Assembly (NCBI GenBank): GCA_965208325.1
Contig: OZ242326.1
Location: forward strand, 128,001 to 192,000
Direction: 5' to 3'
Length of the DNA stretch: 64,000 nt
DNA from: Candidatus Poribacteria bacterium
Lineage (GTDB): Bacteria; Poribacteria; WGA-4E; PCPOR2b
In this document: piece after piece, positions 20,401 to 30,544 of the stretch
Numbering within the stretch: position 1 is the stretch's first letter
Layout of the letters: each line of letters opens with the position of its first letter
Made by a program: the position numbers and the translations under genes
Notes under the pieces: model-generated
What the model was told of the DNA's origin: nothing
The model's database searches: none
The model's input: only the letters and a program-made list of their open reading frames with translations

Positions 20401-21483
20401 ATGATGTCCCCCAAAGAAATCGCGCAGTTTCGCAATAAGCTAGTGGCGTGGTTCGATGCACATCACCGTAAGCTGCCTTGGCGTGACACCCAAAATCCAT
20501 ACCATATCTGGGTCTCTGAGGTAATGCTTCAGCAAACTCAGGTCAAAAAGGTGTTGCACTATTACCGGAAATTTCTCGACAAATTTCCTGATGTGCATTG
20601 CTTGGCTGAAGCAGACCTACAAGACGTATTGAAAACCTGGGAAGGCCTAGGCTACTACGCCAGAGCGCGAAATCTGCACAAAGCCGCCAAAGTGATAGTG
20701 TCGAATTTAGGCGGCAAAATACCGGCGGATTACGCAATTTTCCGGAATTTGCCTGGTGTCGGCGACTATATTGCCGCGGCAGTACAGAGTATCGCGTTTC
20801 ATGCGCCTTACGCAGTTGTGGATGGCAACGTAAAACGAGTAGTGGCGCGGTTGTTTCTCATTAATTCGCCTATTAACGCGTCGTCCTCTAGTAAGACTTT
20901 TCAAAACATGGCGGACATGTTGTTGGATCGAGATTCGCCGGGCGCATTTAATCAATCAATGATGGAATTGGGTGCAACGGTTTGCCGCCCAAAATCTCCG
21001 CTTTGCGTAGTTTGTCCCGTAAAATCCGTATGTTGTGCTTTTCAATCTGCGCGGCAGCAAGAATTTCCCATCCGCCTAAAACCCAAACCGATTCCGGAAT
21101 ATCGCCTTGCAGTAGGTGTTGTCCGCAGAAATAACCGCGTTCTCATCACTCAACGCAAATTTGATGGATTACTTGGCGGTTTGTGGGAATTCCCCGGTGA
21201 TAAAATCAGAGCGCAGGAAACGCCCGAAGAGGCTTGTATCCGGCAAATTAAAGAACATGTCAATCTCGCCGTTGAGGTAACCGAATACCTCACCCGTATC
21301 AAGCACGCTTTCACGCATTTCAAAATTGTCGCAGATGTCTTTTGCTGCCGTTACCAATCCGGCGAAGTCGCCTTAAACGGGCCGGTCGATCATCGCTGGA
21401 TTACGGTTGACGAAATCGATCAATTCCCATTTCCACGCGCCCATCAGCAAATCATTCCTAGTGTTAAGGGAAATTCGGCTTAA
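20401..21483 (+). CDS. mutY: A/G-specific adenine DNA glycosylase
   Basis: WVSEVMLQQTQV, WEGLGYYARARN, VDGNV, Fe-S Cys cluster, NUDIX-like C-terminus. Confidence 0.96.
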   Translation: MMSPKEIAQFRNKLVAWFDAHHRKLPWRDTQNPYHIWVSEVMLQQTQVKKVLHYYRKFLDKFPDVHCLAEADLQDVLKTWEGLGYYARARNLHKAAKVIVSNLGGKIPADYAIFRNLPGVGDYIAAAVQSIAFHAPYAVVDGNVKRVVARLFLINSPINASSSSKTFQNMADMLLDRDSPGAFNQSMMELGATVCRPKSPLCVVCPVKSVCCAFQSARQQEFPIRLKPKPIPEYRLAVGVVRRNNRVLITQRKFDGLLGGLWEFPGDKIRAQETPEEACIRQIKEHVNLAVEVTEYLTRIKHAFTHFKIVADVFCCRYQSGEVALNGPVDHRWITVDEIDQFPFPRAHQQIIPSVKGNSA

Positions 21484-21693
21484 ACGCTGCCGGTGATAAT
21501 TACCCGGCGAGTTGATGAAATACCGCTGAATTCAGATAACAGTTGAGTCGGCGCTCTGTGTTTATGCCATTTCAGGTTTTGCCGGTAATAAGAGTAATAG
21601 CCGCCGAGTGCAGCGTTGCAACGATGCAACTTTCAGCACAAGTTTGGGTATAACACAGTGATTACCAAATGACGCTGTACGAGGAGACACATA

Positions 21694-22236
21694 ATGATAG
21701 ATAGAATCTTGAACCCCACCCTACTGCTGATTTCATTCTCGTTAATCGGTTTCCATCTCGCCTGCAAGCAGGCGCAAGAAAGCGCAACCCTATCGGGAAA
21801 TAACGCGGAATTACAAGAACAGAAAGAGGTAATTATGTCGGAGAAAGACGAAAAAACAGAAGAACAGTGGCGGCATTTGCTGACCCCCGAACAATTTCAC
21901 GTGACTCGGAGAAAGGGAACCGAAAGGGCTTTCACTGGTGAATATCACGACTTTAAGGGAAAAGGCGTGTACAAGTGCATCTGTTGCGGAAGCGAACTCT
22001 TCAGTTCTGAAACAAAGTATGACTCTGGAACCGGATGGCCCAGCTTCTGGCAGCCGATTTCGGCGGATAAAATTAGTACGGAAACTGATAACAGTTTCTT
22101 TATGACGCGTACTGAAGTATTGTGCAGTAAATGTGATGCACATCTCGGTCACGTTTTTGAAGATGGGCCGCCGCCGACCGGACTTCGTTACTGCATTAAT
22201 TCTGTCGCGCTTAATTTTTCGGAGAAGCGCGAGTAG
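21694..22236 (+). CDS. msrB: peptide methionine (R)-sulfoxide reductase with N-terminal signal-like extension
   Basis: GTERAF, GTGWPSF, HLGHVF, RYCINS. Confidence 0.95.
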   Translation: MIDRILNPTLLLISFSLIGFHLACKQAQESATLSGNNAELQEQKEVIMSEKDEKTEEQWRHLLTPEQFHVTRRKGTERAFTGEYHDFKGKGVYKCICCGSELFSSETKYDSGTGWPSFWQPISADKISTETDNSFFMTRTEVLCSKCDAHLGHVFEDGPPPTGLRYCINSVALNFSEKRE

Positions 22237-22377
22237 ATTTTGAAGACGAAATTTTCATGGCTAAACCTCAAAAAGCGAGTTGAACGGTTCACCCGCACAG
22301 ATGAACGGTGCTTGCTTTGATTGGGGGCACTGCCCTTGCTTTCTTTCTCTATACAGGATTCAAAGATTAGAATTGGG

Positions 22378-22406
22378 TTGACAACGGCAAAATTCTTCAG
22401 TAGAAT
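22378..22406 (+). promoter_or_regulatory. putative sigma70 promoter
   Basis: TTGACA-N17-TAGAAT, followed by a TCCCC-CAGT-GGGGA hairpin. Confidence 0.65.
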
Positions 22407-22481
22407 TAGCAAAATTAGTGTTCCCCCAGTGGGGATACATATTCCGATATTGAAGATTCAGAAGAGTTAGCGAGGTAAACT

Positions 22482-22841
22482 ATGGCGAATGAAAATACTC
22501 AACAAAACGGCGATGGAGCGGTTGAAGCACAAAGTGGTGTCCTAATCAGTACAATCCAGGTGCAGTCTATCGATGTCCCGGCAAAATTCTCCAGAGAAAA
22601 AACATCAGATGGGTGGCAGATCAGCCTTCATGATGCTTGCAAGGTCGTAATTAATCTCACAACGAGCATGCGAAAAATTGAAATTAATTTAATCGAGGGC
22701 GATAGAATTGAAAAAGACGGGTCAGATATACTCGTAATTCGAAATCATCCCGCTGATGTTTACAGATCACACAGCCAGCCATCGCCGCTCGCTCGAAGTC
22801 GTGATGAGTTATTGCAGCAGGGCGAACCCGCGAAGGTGTAG
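22482..22841 (+). CDS. hypothetical protein
   Basis: 119-aa ORF with GAGG RBS downstream of a near-consensus promoter. Confidence 0.7.
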   Translation: MANENTQQNGDGAVEAQSGVLISTIQVQSIDVPAKFSREKTSDGWQISLHDACKVVINLTTSMRKIEINLIEGDRIEKDGSDILVIRNHPADVYRSHSQPSPLARSRDELLQQGEPAKV

Positions 22842-23028
22842 ATGAGATAACTGTAGATTAAAGGGCAGCCACAACTCGACCCCCACGAGGACGACTGGAG
22901 TCAAGAGAGAATCGGCGGCATTCCGCACACGACGATGCGGATAGCGTAGCGTCATCAATTCCGAGTGCGGTGCATTTACCGAAGCAGCATTACATGACCC
23001 CGTTTTTTTGGCAGTGGAGCGGACTGGC

Positions 23029-23556
23029 GTGAGATTAGAAAATTCAACTTCAACACTTGATAGAATCCACAATATAGTGTTCAGCTTGCGCGGGGCAATG
23101 GCTCCAGCCCAGATTATATTTAGCCCCGAAACATACCAAGAAATCATAAATCAGCAGGTTGTTCGACAAGCAATCAATGCTGAATCAGATGTCAGGCAAA
23201 TGCTGGAGCGTCATTTTTCGACGCCAATCGCAATTCGGGAAGAGAATTCCGATGTGATTATTACTAAGGAACTCTATCCAAACCCTTGCCCGATTTGTGG
23301 GTGTCGCATTCCGTTCCTGCGGGAACTCATTGAACGCATCGAATCACAGCCTACCAGAAGGATTCGGTGCCCGAGAGGACATCGCTTCGAGGGAGAGATT
23401 AAAACCTACTACCTTAACATTCGGCACGACCCCAATCCCCTAAAATCAAAAGCCCGCCCGACCTGCCCTCAATGTGGAAGTCAAAATTTACAAAAACTTA
23501 GCCAAACCGATTTTTTCTGCCTCGATTGTGAATGGGATAACCTCCTACAAATTTAG
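23029..23556 (+). CDS. hypothetical double zinc-ribbon protein
   Basis: CPIC, CPRGH, CPQC, CLDC motifs; GTG 23029 follows GGAG (track start 23008). Confidence 0.7.
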   Translation: MRLENSTSTLDRIHNIVFSLRGAMAPAQIIFSPETYQEIINQQVVRQAINAESDVRQMLERHFSTPIAIREENSDVIITKELYPNPCPICGCRIPFLRELIERIESQPTRRIRCPRGHRFEGEIKTYYLNIRHDPNPLKSKARPTCPQCGSQNLQKLSQTDFFCLDCEWDNLLQI

Positions 23557-23725
23557 TCGTCAGGCGGGCAGATACGGTAGAGTGCTATCCTTGCCCACAA
23601 TTGTATTATAACTGTATACCGCTTGGTTTTGATTGGGCAGTAAGAGAATCCAGCCGCACCAAGCTGACGATCCCGCTGGAAAGATGTCTTATGTAATTTA
23701 AAATAACCTGGCAAAACGAGAAAAG

Positions 23726-25339
23726 ATGAAAAAAATCCGCGTTGCGGCATTCAGTGAATTACAGGATCGCCATCCCGCTCACGCATTGGTCGGAAACGTA
23801 GACCTGGTGATTATTAGATACGACGATGATATTTCGGTGTTGTACGGGCGATGTCTTCACCGCGGTGCCCTGCTCGCAGACGGACATATTGATGGAAAAA
23901 ACCTAATATGCGGGCTGCACAATTGGGATTACCGCTACGATACGGGTATCAGCGAATATCACAATGAGGAGCAGTTGGAGAAATTCACGACGTGGATTGA
24001 GGACGATGCTGTATTCGTGGATGAAGAGGAAATCATTGCTTGGGAGAAGAAGAATCCTGAACCGTACATACGTGACGAATATCAAGGAGCATACCAAGAT
24101 ATACACGGCACATCTGAAGAACCCTATGTGGGCTACATTCGCCATCTAGCCAGTTATGGGCTAAGCAAGGTCGGAGATCACGGCCGTATGGACGCGATGG
24201 GTGTGCCAAGGGGCCAACTTCCTAGCTGGGACGATCTACAATTTGTCACCGCTCAATTACAAAAATTCCCGCAGCTAGATGATGTTCCGGTTGGAACGGA
24301 ATTGACCATCGGCCGAAACGCCAAAAAGCCGCTCTACCTTGACATACCCGTTTTTGTTTCCGACATGAGTTTTGGCGCTTTGTCCGCGGAAGCAACGATT
24401 GCCTTAGCTCGAGGCGCCGAAATGTCCGGGACGGGAATATGTTCTGGTGAGGGCGGAATGCTGCCGGAAGAGCAGGCCGAAAACAGCCGTTACTTTTACG
24501 AGCTGGCTTCCGCGCGCTTCGGCTTCTCCTTCGACAAACTAAACCTAGTTCAAGCCTTTCACTTTAAAGGGGGGCAAGGCGCAAAATCCGGCACCGGCGG
24601 CCATCTCCCGGCGGAAAAAGTGGAAGGAAGAATTGCCGAGGTGCGGGGTTTAATAGCGGGACAGCCGGCCGTGTCACCGGCTCGATTTATTGATTGGAAC
24701 AGCTTGGAGGACTTCAAAGCATTTGCGGGCGAGGTACGTAAACTGACCGGAGGCATTCCGATCGGGTTTAAGTTATCCGCACAGCACATTGAAGAGGACA
24801 TCAATTGCGCCCTTCAAATCCCGGTTGACTACATCATTCTTGACGGGCGCGGAGGAGGTACGGGGGCAGCACCACTAATTTTCAGGGACAACATTTCAGT
24901 ACCAACTATGCCAGCCATTGCGCGTGCGCGAAAATACTTGGACGAAACTGGGAATAGCAATGTTACCTTGATTGCCGCCGGTGGCTTGCGGAGTCCTGCT
25001 GATTTCGCAAAAGCGTTAGCCCTCGGCGCTGACGGTGTAGCAATTGCCAACTCCGCGATGCAGGCAATCGGATGTGTCGGAATGCGCGCGTGCCATACCA
25101 ACAATTGCCCGGTAGGGATCGCAACGCAAAAGGAAAACCTCCGTGCTCGGCTGATTGTGGATCAGGCGGCGCGCCGACTAAACCGCTTTCTCGGCGCCTC
25201 AACTGAATTGATGCAGGCGCTTGCTCGCGCTTGTGGGCACACGCATCTGAATCAACTGTGTGCCGCCGATTTAACCACCTGGAAACGCGATGTTGCTTAC
25301 TTGACCGGCGTTAAATACGCGGGAATTGTCCCGTTATAG
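23726..25339 (+). CDS. Rieske [2Fe-2S] + FMN glutamate-synthase-like domain fusion
   Basis: CLH...CGLH Rieske ligands; MSFGALS, GQGAK, DGRGGGTGAAP, CHTNNCPVGIATQ. Confidence 0.9.
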   Translation: MKKIRVAAFSELQDRHPAHALVGNVDLVIIRYDDDISVLYGRCLHRGALLADGHIDGKNLICGLHNWDYRYDTGISEYHNEEQLEKFTTWIEDDAVFVDEEEIIAWEKKNPEPYIRDEYQGAYQDIHGTSEEPYVGYIRHLASYGLSKVGDHGRMDAMGVPRGQLPSWDDLQFVTAQLQKFPQLDDVPVGTELTIGRNAKKPLYLDIPVFVSDMSFGALSAEATIALARGAEMSGTGICSGEGGMLPEEQAENSRYFYELASARFGFSFDKLNLVQAFHFKGGQGAKSGTGGHLPAEKVEGRIAEVRGLIAGQPAVSPARFIDWNSLEDFKAFAGEVRKLTGGIPIGFKLSAQHIEEDINCALQIPVDYIILDGRGGGTGAAPLIFRDNISVPTMPAIARARKYLDETGNSNVTLIAAGGLRSPADFAKALALGADGVAIANSAMQAIGCVGMRACHTNNCPVGIATQKENLRARLIVDQAARRLNRFLGASTELMQALARACGHTHLNQLCAADLTTWKRDVAYLTGVKYAGIVPL

Positions 25340-25492
25340 GCTAACGCTAACCCCACCTTTATTAACTTGCGGCGGTTAACCCGCTGCTGCCCGTGATCAA
25401 GGAATCTCTAGACGGATTTATGTTAGACGTACTATCCAAACCATAGCGCATTTTTTCAATATTCCAATCTCGGTTGCGTTCTTTTGTACTTT

Positions 25493-26521
25493 TCACCCAT
25501 CTACCAGCGACCCACCCTGGTGCAATAATCTCCGGCGTGTGATTAGCGGCTGAACTTGCGCTATCCACTCGCCAAGTCTTATTAACTTTTGCTGGAAATC
25601 CTCTCTGGACAAAAAGCCGAGTCGGTCCATGAATCGCTTACAGTGTGAATAATGTTTTGAAGAATCGAACGCATGGTTGTCGGAGAGAATCGAATGCATT
25701 GCGCTCATCAAGGTCAGAATTGGCCAAATCGCCTCTCGATAATAACCTTCGGCTAACATCTGCCGTATCCCGTGCTCCCAATATGCACGTTTGTCCAGAG
25801 AAATATGGAAGTGAGGTACATCGCTAAAGGAGTTGACGTAAGTAATACTGTCAAGCGCAGCGATCAAAAACGTCTCGACTTCCGTTTCACCGACACTCTC
25901 CGCGCCTAGCGTTTCCAACCCTGCCGGATACAGTTCAGGGGCGTCTAGGCGAGCACCCACATCTTTCAATTCAACCATTAATCTGCGGTGATTCGGGACT
26001 TCGTTCAACATCAGGGCTGGTGTTTCGCCTGTCCAGAAAATTGCGCAGCGCACATCCCAAAGGGAAGCCTGTTCTCCTGACTCAAAACTGCTGCGAATTC
26101 TGTCGTACAGCAACTTGGCGGCATCCAGCAGACGCTGGCTTCGCTCGATTTGGTATGAAGGGCGATCGTAAACTGAAAGAATATCCGCTCTAACTTGACC
26201 CAACCAGCCAGTCGGATCGTAGACAATGATTCCCTTTGCGAGTTCTAATGCAAGAAATGAAGCGTTTAATAGCGTATTCCTGTCGTCGAAACGCCGCTTG
26301 GGAAAAAATGTCCATTCGAGCGGGACACCTTGCTTCATCTCAAAAAACCCGGATTCCAGCCCGTCCGATTTAATGACAACGCGCAAATCGACATCAGTAT
26401 AATCAGGTGGTGATTCCTTTACGATTGAACCGCACGCAAATGCACTGATTACGTCTCCACGTTCCCGTGCGAGTCGGGTAGACTGTTCCGCCGCTACTTC
26501 TAAACAGAATTCCCGGTTCAT
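25493..26521 (-). CDS. nucleotidyltransferase-fold (Pol beta superfamily) protein
   Basis: GS...TDVDL motif near the N-terminus followed by a helical domain. Confidence 0.6.
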   Translation of the reverse strand: MNREFCLEVAAEQSTRLARERGDVISAFACGSIVKESPPDYTDVDLRVVIKSDGLESGFFEMKQGVPLEWTFFPKRRFDDRNTLLNASFLALELAKGIIVYDPTGWLGQVRADILSVYDRPSYQIERSQRLLDAAKLLYDRIRSSFESGEQASLWDVRCAIFWTGETPALMLNEVPNHRRLMVELKDVGARLDAPELYPAGLETLGAESVGETEVETFLIAALDSITYVNSFSDVPHFHISLDKRAYWEHGIRQMLAEGYYREAIWPILTLMSAMHSILSDNHAFDSSKHYSHCKRFMDRLGFLSREDFQQKLIRLGEWIAQVQPLITRRRLLHQGGSLVDG

Positions 26522-26709
26522 TGTCGATTATCCCCCAAGAAGGCAACATCAATGGCTGCACAGCATCTATTTCTACCATTACGGAAGAGACAGGTTATTA
26601 CAAAATTGCGGTCAAGTATGCTGTAAACTGACGGCATTGCCGCCATGCCGCCTCAACTCGAATTTCACGGGAAATTCGACGTAGTTGAAGATTCTGGCGC
26701 ACTTCCTTC

Positions 26710-28176
26710 CTACGCTTCATTCTCTTCTAAATATCTGTTCGCTGCTGCTAATGCTTCTTTGGGAGTATTGATTTTTCCTTCAAACTGAAGCGCTTCAATA
26801 TGCTTCAAAATGTGCCCAACTCTGATGCCCGGTTTCAACCCGAGTGTTCGAATGATGTCATGCCCGGTGATTAGTCGGCCTCGTTCAATCATCGGCGAGA
26901 TTTCGTTGTAATAAAGATTTGCAATACTGCGCATTGCTGCTTCTGTCTTGGTCGATTCGTCCGGCGGGCAAAGTCTGCCCTGTGTTGCGCGCTGATGCGC
27001 AGAATACAGCAAAAGTACGCCTAACCATTCTTCATCTGCGTGCTTTAAAAAGTGAAGCATGGATTGGCGTGTTGGAGGCAATAAGCTGACAAGGTTCCGT
27101 ACTTGAAGATGACTTCGAACGAGACAGTGTATGAGCCTTACCACTTTTTTGCCTAATCTCAAACGCTTCGCAATGCCGGCCGCATTCTCCGCGCTAGCCT
27201 TCTCGTGGCCGAGTAATTGCACATCATCTTCCGAGCGGACTGTTTTTTTTGCCGCTTCGCCGACACTATGAATCATCAAACCCAGCTTAATTATCTGCCC
27301 TCGCTTCACGCCGTTGACGATGTATTGGTCTAAATACGCTTGAACTTCGCGGCGGTATGGCTCCAGTGCATCGGGAATTGGTTGCGCCTCAAAATTCGAG
27401 ATTGCCGCCAAGGAAAATTCCCAGACATTGATACCGTGGTAATCACCCTGTTGTACACGCCGCATGTCCTCAATTTCGGGAATCATCCGTGAAAGGAGGC
27501 GAACATCGTCCATTTGCCGTAGATGAATGGCAGAATTTTTGACATTCAAGATTTTAATGAACTCATCTCGGACGCGTTCGATCGATACCGTTGATAGTTC
27601 TTCTTTATGCTGACGAATTAGATTGACCGTGGCCTCCGGAATCTCAAAATCTAATTCTGCTGCCAGACGATATGCACGCAACATTCGGAGCGGATCGTCC
27701 TTCACAACTCGGGGGTTAGGAAAACGTAAGCGTTTCGCTTCAACATCTCCAAAACCTCCGCATGGATCAATTAGTTTTACCGTTGGTTGCTTCAATAGCG
27801 AAGCAAGGTCAATAGCAATGGCGTTAATCGTAAAGTCGCGCAACTGCAAATCCGCCTCCAAAGTTTCGGCGCGGAATTGCGTAAAGTCCAGTGTGAGCCG
27901 AGTCTTTCGTCTAACAACGCGTGCTGTCGGCGGGTGTTCTTCTAATTTCACGAACGCGTCGCTGGTACGATCGGCGTACGCTTTAGCGAACGGAATCGCA
28001 TCGCGGTCAACAGCAAAATCGAGATCAGTGATTTCGCGGTTGAGAAGTAAATCCCGAACAGATCCCCCCACGAGGTAGAGCCGAACCCCCCGGTTTTCGG
28101 AGAGTGAATTGAGCTCGGAAAGCAGATGAATATTTGGTGTATGTTTTAGTAGCGTTTGACTTGGAAGAGATTGCAT
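26710..28176 (-). CDS. class II tRNA nucleotidyltransferase, probably CC-adding, with degenerate HD domain
   Basis: VGGSVRDLLL..DLDF, RDFTINA, DDPLRMLRA, ERVRDE, LITGHD. Confidence 0.85.
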   Translation of the reverse strand: MQSLPSQTLLKHTPNIHLLSELNSLSENRGVRLYLVGGSVRDLLLNREITDLDFAVDRDAIPFAKAYADRTSDAFVKLEEHPPTARVVRRKTRLTLDFTQFRAETLEADLQLRDFTINAIAIDLASLLKQPTVKLIDPCGGFGDVEAKRLRFPNPRVVKDDPLRMLRAYRLAAELDFEIPEATVNLIRQHKEELSTVSIERVRDEFIKILNVKNSAIHLRQMDDVRLLSRMIPEIEDMRRVQQGDYHGINVWEFSLAAISNFEAQPIPDALEPYRREVQAYLDQYIVNGVKRGQIIKLGLMIHSVGEAAKKTVRSEDDVQLLGHEKASAENAAGIAKRLRLGKKVVRLIHCLVRSHLQVRNLVSLLPPTRQSMLHFLKHADEEWLGVLLLYSAHQRATQGRLCPPDESTKTEAAMRSIANLYYNEISPMIERGRLITGHDIIRTLGLKPGIRVGHILKHIEALQFEGKINTPKEALAAANRYLEENEA

Positions 28177-28378
28177 GCGTGATGGGGAAATTTTAGACGT
28201 GCTCGTCGAATAGTCAAATTCGATGTGTAATAAAATAAATACGAGCGCTCACCGAATTGCGCTGTGGGTTAGTAGGCTATTTCGTTTGCTGCGGCAATAG
28301 GGCGGGGCGAAATTTCAACAAATTTTCCTCAAAAGAGAGAATATGCGATCATTGAAAATAATCTATCTCGCTGAAACG

Positions 28379-29137
28379 TTAAAACTGCTTTATCCGGCCC
28401 CAAGTGTAGGTGAGCTTGGCTTGTGGGGACACCGCGAGCTGCCATTCGCCAAAATTCAGGTCGGCATCTGGAATGTTATCGCCCGTAATCACCACTTCAT
28501 CAAAGTGAACCTCGCAATTCTTGGCGAGTAGCACAGCCGCCCCTGCATCAAGAGATGTGCCAAATTCCGGGGGATTTTCATACTCGCATACTAACTCGTC
28601 GTTCAGAAACATCCGGTATAAATCCCCTTCGGCAACAGCTCGCACTCTATACAGGTGATTTTCTCTGAGTTTGCGGTTGTTTCTACCTTCAATCCGCAGA
28701 TAAAATCCCTCCCAAAATCTTTGGCAAATTCCCAGTGTCCAGTGAACATGATCTTTTGCGATGATGATAAAATTTAAACCGTTGAGCACGTCTTCGTTTG
28801 GCTTGTTGTAGTGTAAACCAAAACCGACCTCCGGCGACGACGGTGCACTCGGAAAAGAGTCTTTGATCTCAAATTGGCACTTAAACTCGTAATTTCTCCA
28901 TGTCCGATTCCCAATGCCAAAGACGCTTGCGAAACCCCTGGCTTTTCGAGATTTGGCAACTAACTTCCCGGTTTCGGCAGACCATTGAGTAGTTTCGTCG
29001 AATTGGGAATTGAATATCTTTCCTCCGAATTTCCGCCAACCGTCTGCATCCCCGTCGTCAAAATTGTCCCTCAATACGCCCGCCCATGCTGTTGTACCCA
29101 ATAGAAGCATTATCAATCCGAATATTGACCTTTTCAA
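28379..29137 (-). CDS. secreted DUF1080/ConA-like protein with C-terminal AVSPQAKLTYTWGRIK tail
   Basis: TTG 29137 follows AGGAGG; signal peptide ending TAWA; DNFDDG; beta-sandwich pattern. Confidence 0.7.
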   Translation of the reverse strand: MKRSIFGLIMLLLGTTAWAGVLRDNFDDGDADGWRKFGGKIFNSQFDETTQWSAETGKLVAKSRKARGFASVFGIGNRTWRNYEFKCQFEIKDSFPSAPSSPEVGFGLHYNKPNEDVLNGLNFIIIAKDHVHWTLGICQRFWEGFYLRIEGRNNRKLRENHLYRVRAVAEGDLYRMFLNDELVCEYENPPEFGTSLDAGAAVLLAKNCEVHFDEVVITGDNIPDADLNFGEWQLAVSPQAKLTYTWGRIKQF

Positions 29138-29462
29138 AATTCCCCTCCTTCTTTCGAGTAAAACCTCACACATGATTATCGGATAACATTCCTTATGGTG
29201 GACCGTCCGCCGCAGAAGATTGCCAGACCGACGTGACTTTTATGGTCAATGCGGACCTGTGCCCGTATTCAATTAGTCTAAAACCCATTTCCATCCGCGG
29301 TGAAGCACCCAAATTCCCGCTGCGAATTCGCATTGCGGTTCAAAAAATGTTACTTCCCCTGAACAGCATTGCGCGCTCCACCTACCAATAACGAGTGTGA
29401 AACGCCTTAAATCTCGACACACATTAATCAGTGCTCTCGGTAGAATCCGTCAGGCGTCGTAT

Positions 29463-30248
29463 TCATTTGGACCAAAAGACGGGCAAATTGTTTTTGCTAA
29501 CCGAGTGATATTCGTCCTCTAGCCCGCACATCCAGTAAAACAGTTCAGCGGCATCGTTTATCGCTCGATGGTGTTCCCGGTGGAAATAATAGAGGGCTGG
29601 CCGTCCCTTGGCGTACCGAGGCTCAAAGCCCGGCTCCCGAATCCAGTCGCGTTCGGGCGGAACCGTCCGCGTGTACCAATATTTCATTTGGTTCCGAATA
29701 GCGGTTGCTGTAGACGCTGTGCGGCGGTGCCAGATGCGGTAAATCGTTAGAAAAATTGTACCGGCGCTGCCGGCGGTCGAGACAGCGCCGCGTATCCTAC
29801 CGTAATGCCTCATCCAACACTGCAAATTGAATAGAAAATGAGATTCTGGCAATAACTCAGTAGGACCAAGTTCAACCGGTGTGTCTTGAGGGTAATAAAA
29901 CACCTGGAGACTATCAAGACCGGGAATGTACGACGAACCTCCGTCCGTGTGCCAACCACCTTCCATACCGGCAGGACACTGAATTCGAGTATTCCCCAAT
30001 TGGGTCGGATAAGTGAAGTTTTTGCCCAAAACAGAGCGAATCGCACCAGCCGCTTGGGGATTCAACGTCACATTCTCAATGTACCAATCCTCCTCTGATG
30101 GCACGGCTCCGTCATGTTCATCGCAATATTCACACACCCGCCGGTTGATTTCATCCGGGACAACCCCGTCCAGAATTAAAAATCCCTTTTTGCAGAAATC
30201 CAATACTTGTGAATCCGTCAATGTGGGAGCACAATCATGGGTAGGCAT
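29463..30248 (-). CDS. PhyH family Fe/2OG dioxygenase
   Basis: WHTDG, YYPQDT, GPTELLPESH, IWHRR. Confidence 0.85.
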   Translation of the reverse strand: MPTHDCAPTLTDSQVLDFCKKGFLILDGVVPDEINRRVCEYCDEHDGAVPSEEDWYIENVTLNPQAAGAIRSVLGKNFTYPTQLGNTRIQCPAGMEGGWHTDGGSSYIPGLDSLQVFYYPQDTPVELGPTELLPESHFLFNLQCWMRHYGRIRGAVSTAGSAGTIFLTIYRIWHRRTASTATAIRNQMKYWYTRTVPPERDWIREPGFEPRYAKGRPALYYFHREHHRAINDAAELFYWMCGLEDEYHSVSKNNLPVFWSK

Positions 30249-30544
30249 GGTGGGGTACCTCCGTTAATCTAATGACTCTCATCAAGGTGAAAGTGACAAT
30301 TGGAAAAAGGTTCGGCGGATAAAATTCAAGTTAACGTGTCCGCACTCTCCCGTTTCTAGCTTGCGCCGTATAGCATAAATCGCTCTTCTTAACCTTCAGT
30401 ATAACATAAATGCAGCATATTTACCACATCAACACTGACGTTTAGCGGAATCTGTTTTCCGCTGCGCATAGAGGAAAATAGATGAAATCAAGCGCAAAAT
30501 CGGGCATAATATATCACAAAAGCCAATCAATGAATGAGGTATTC

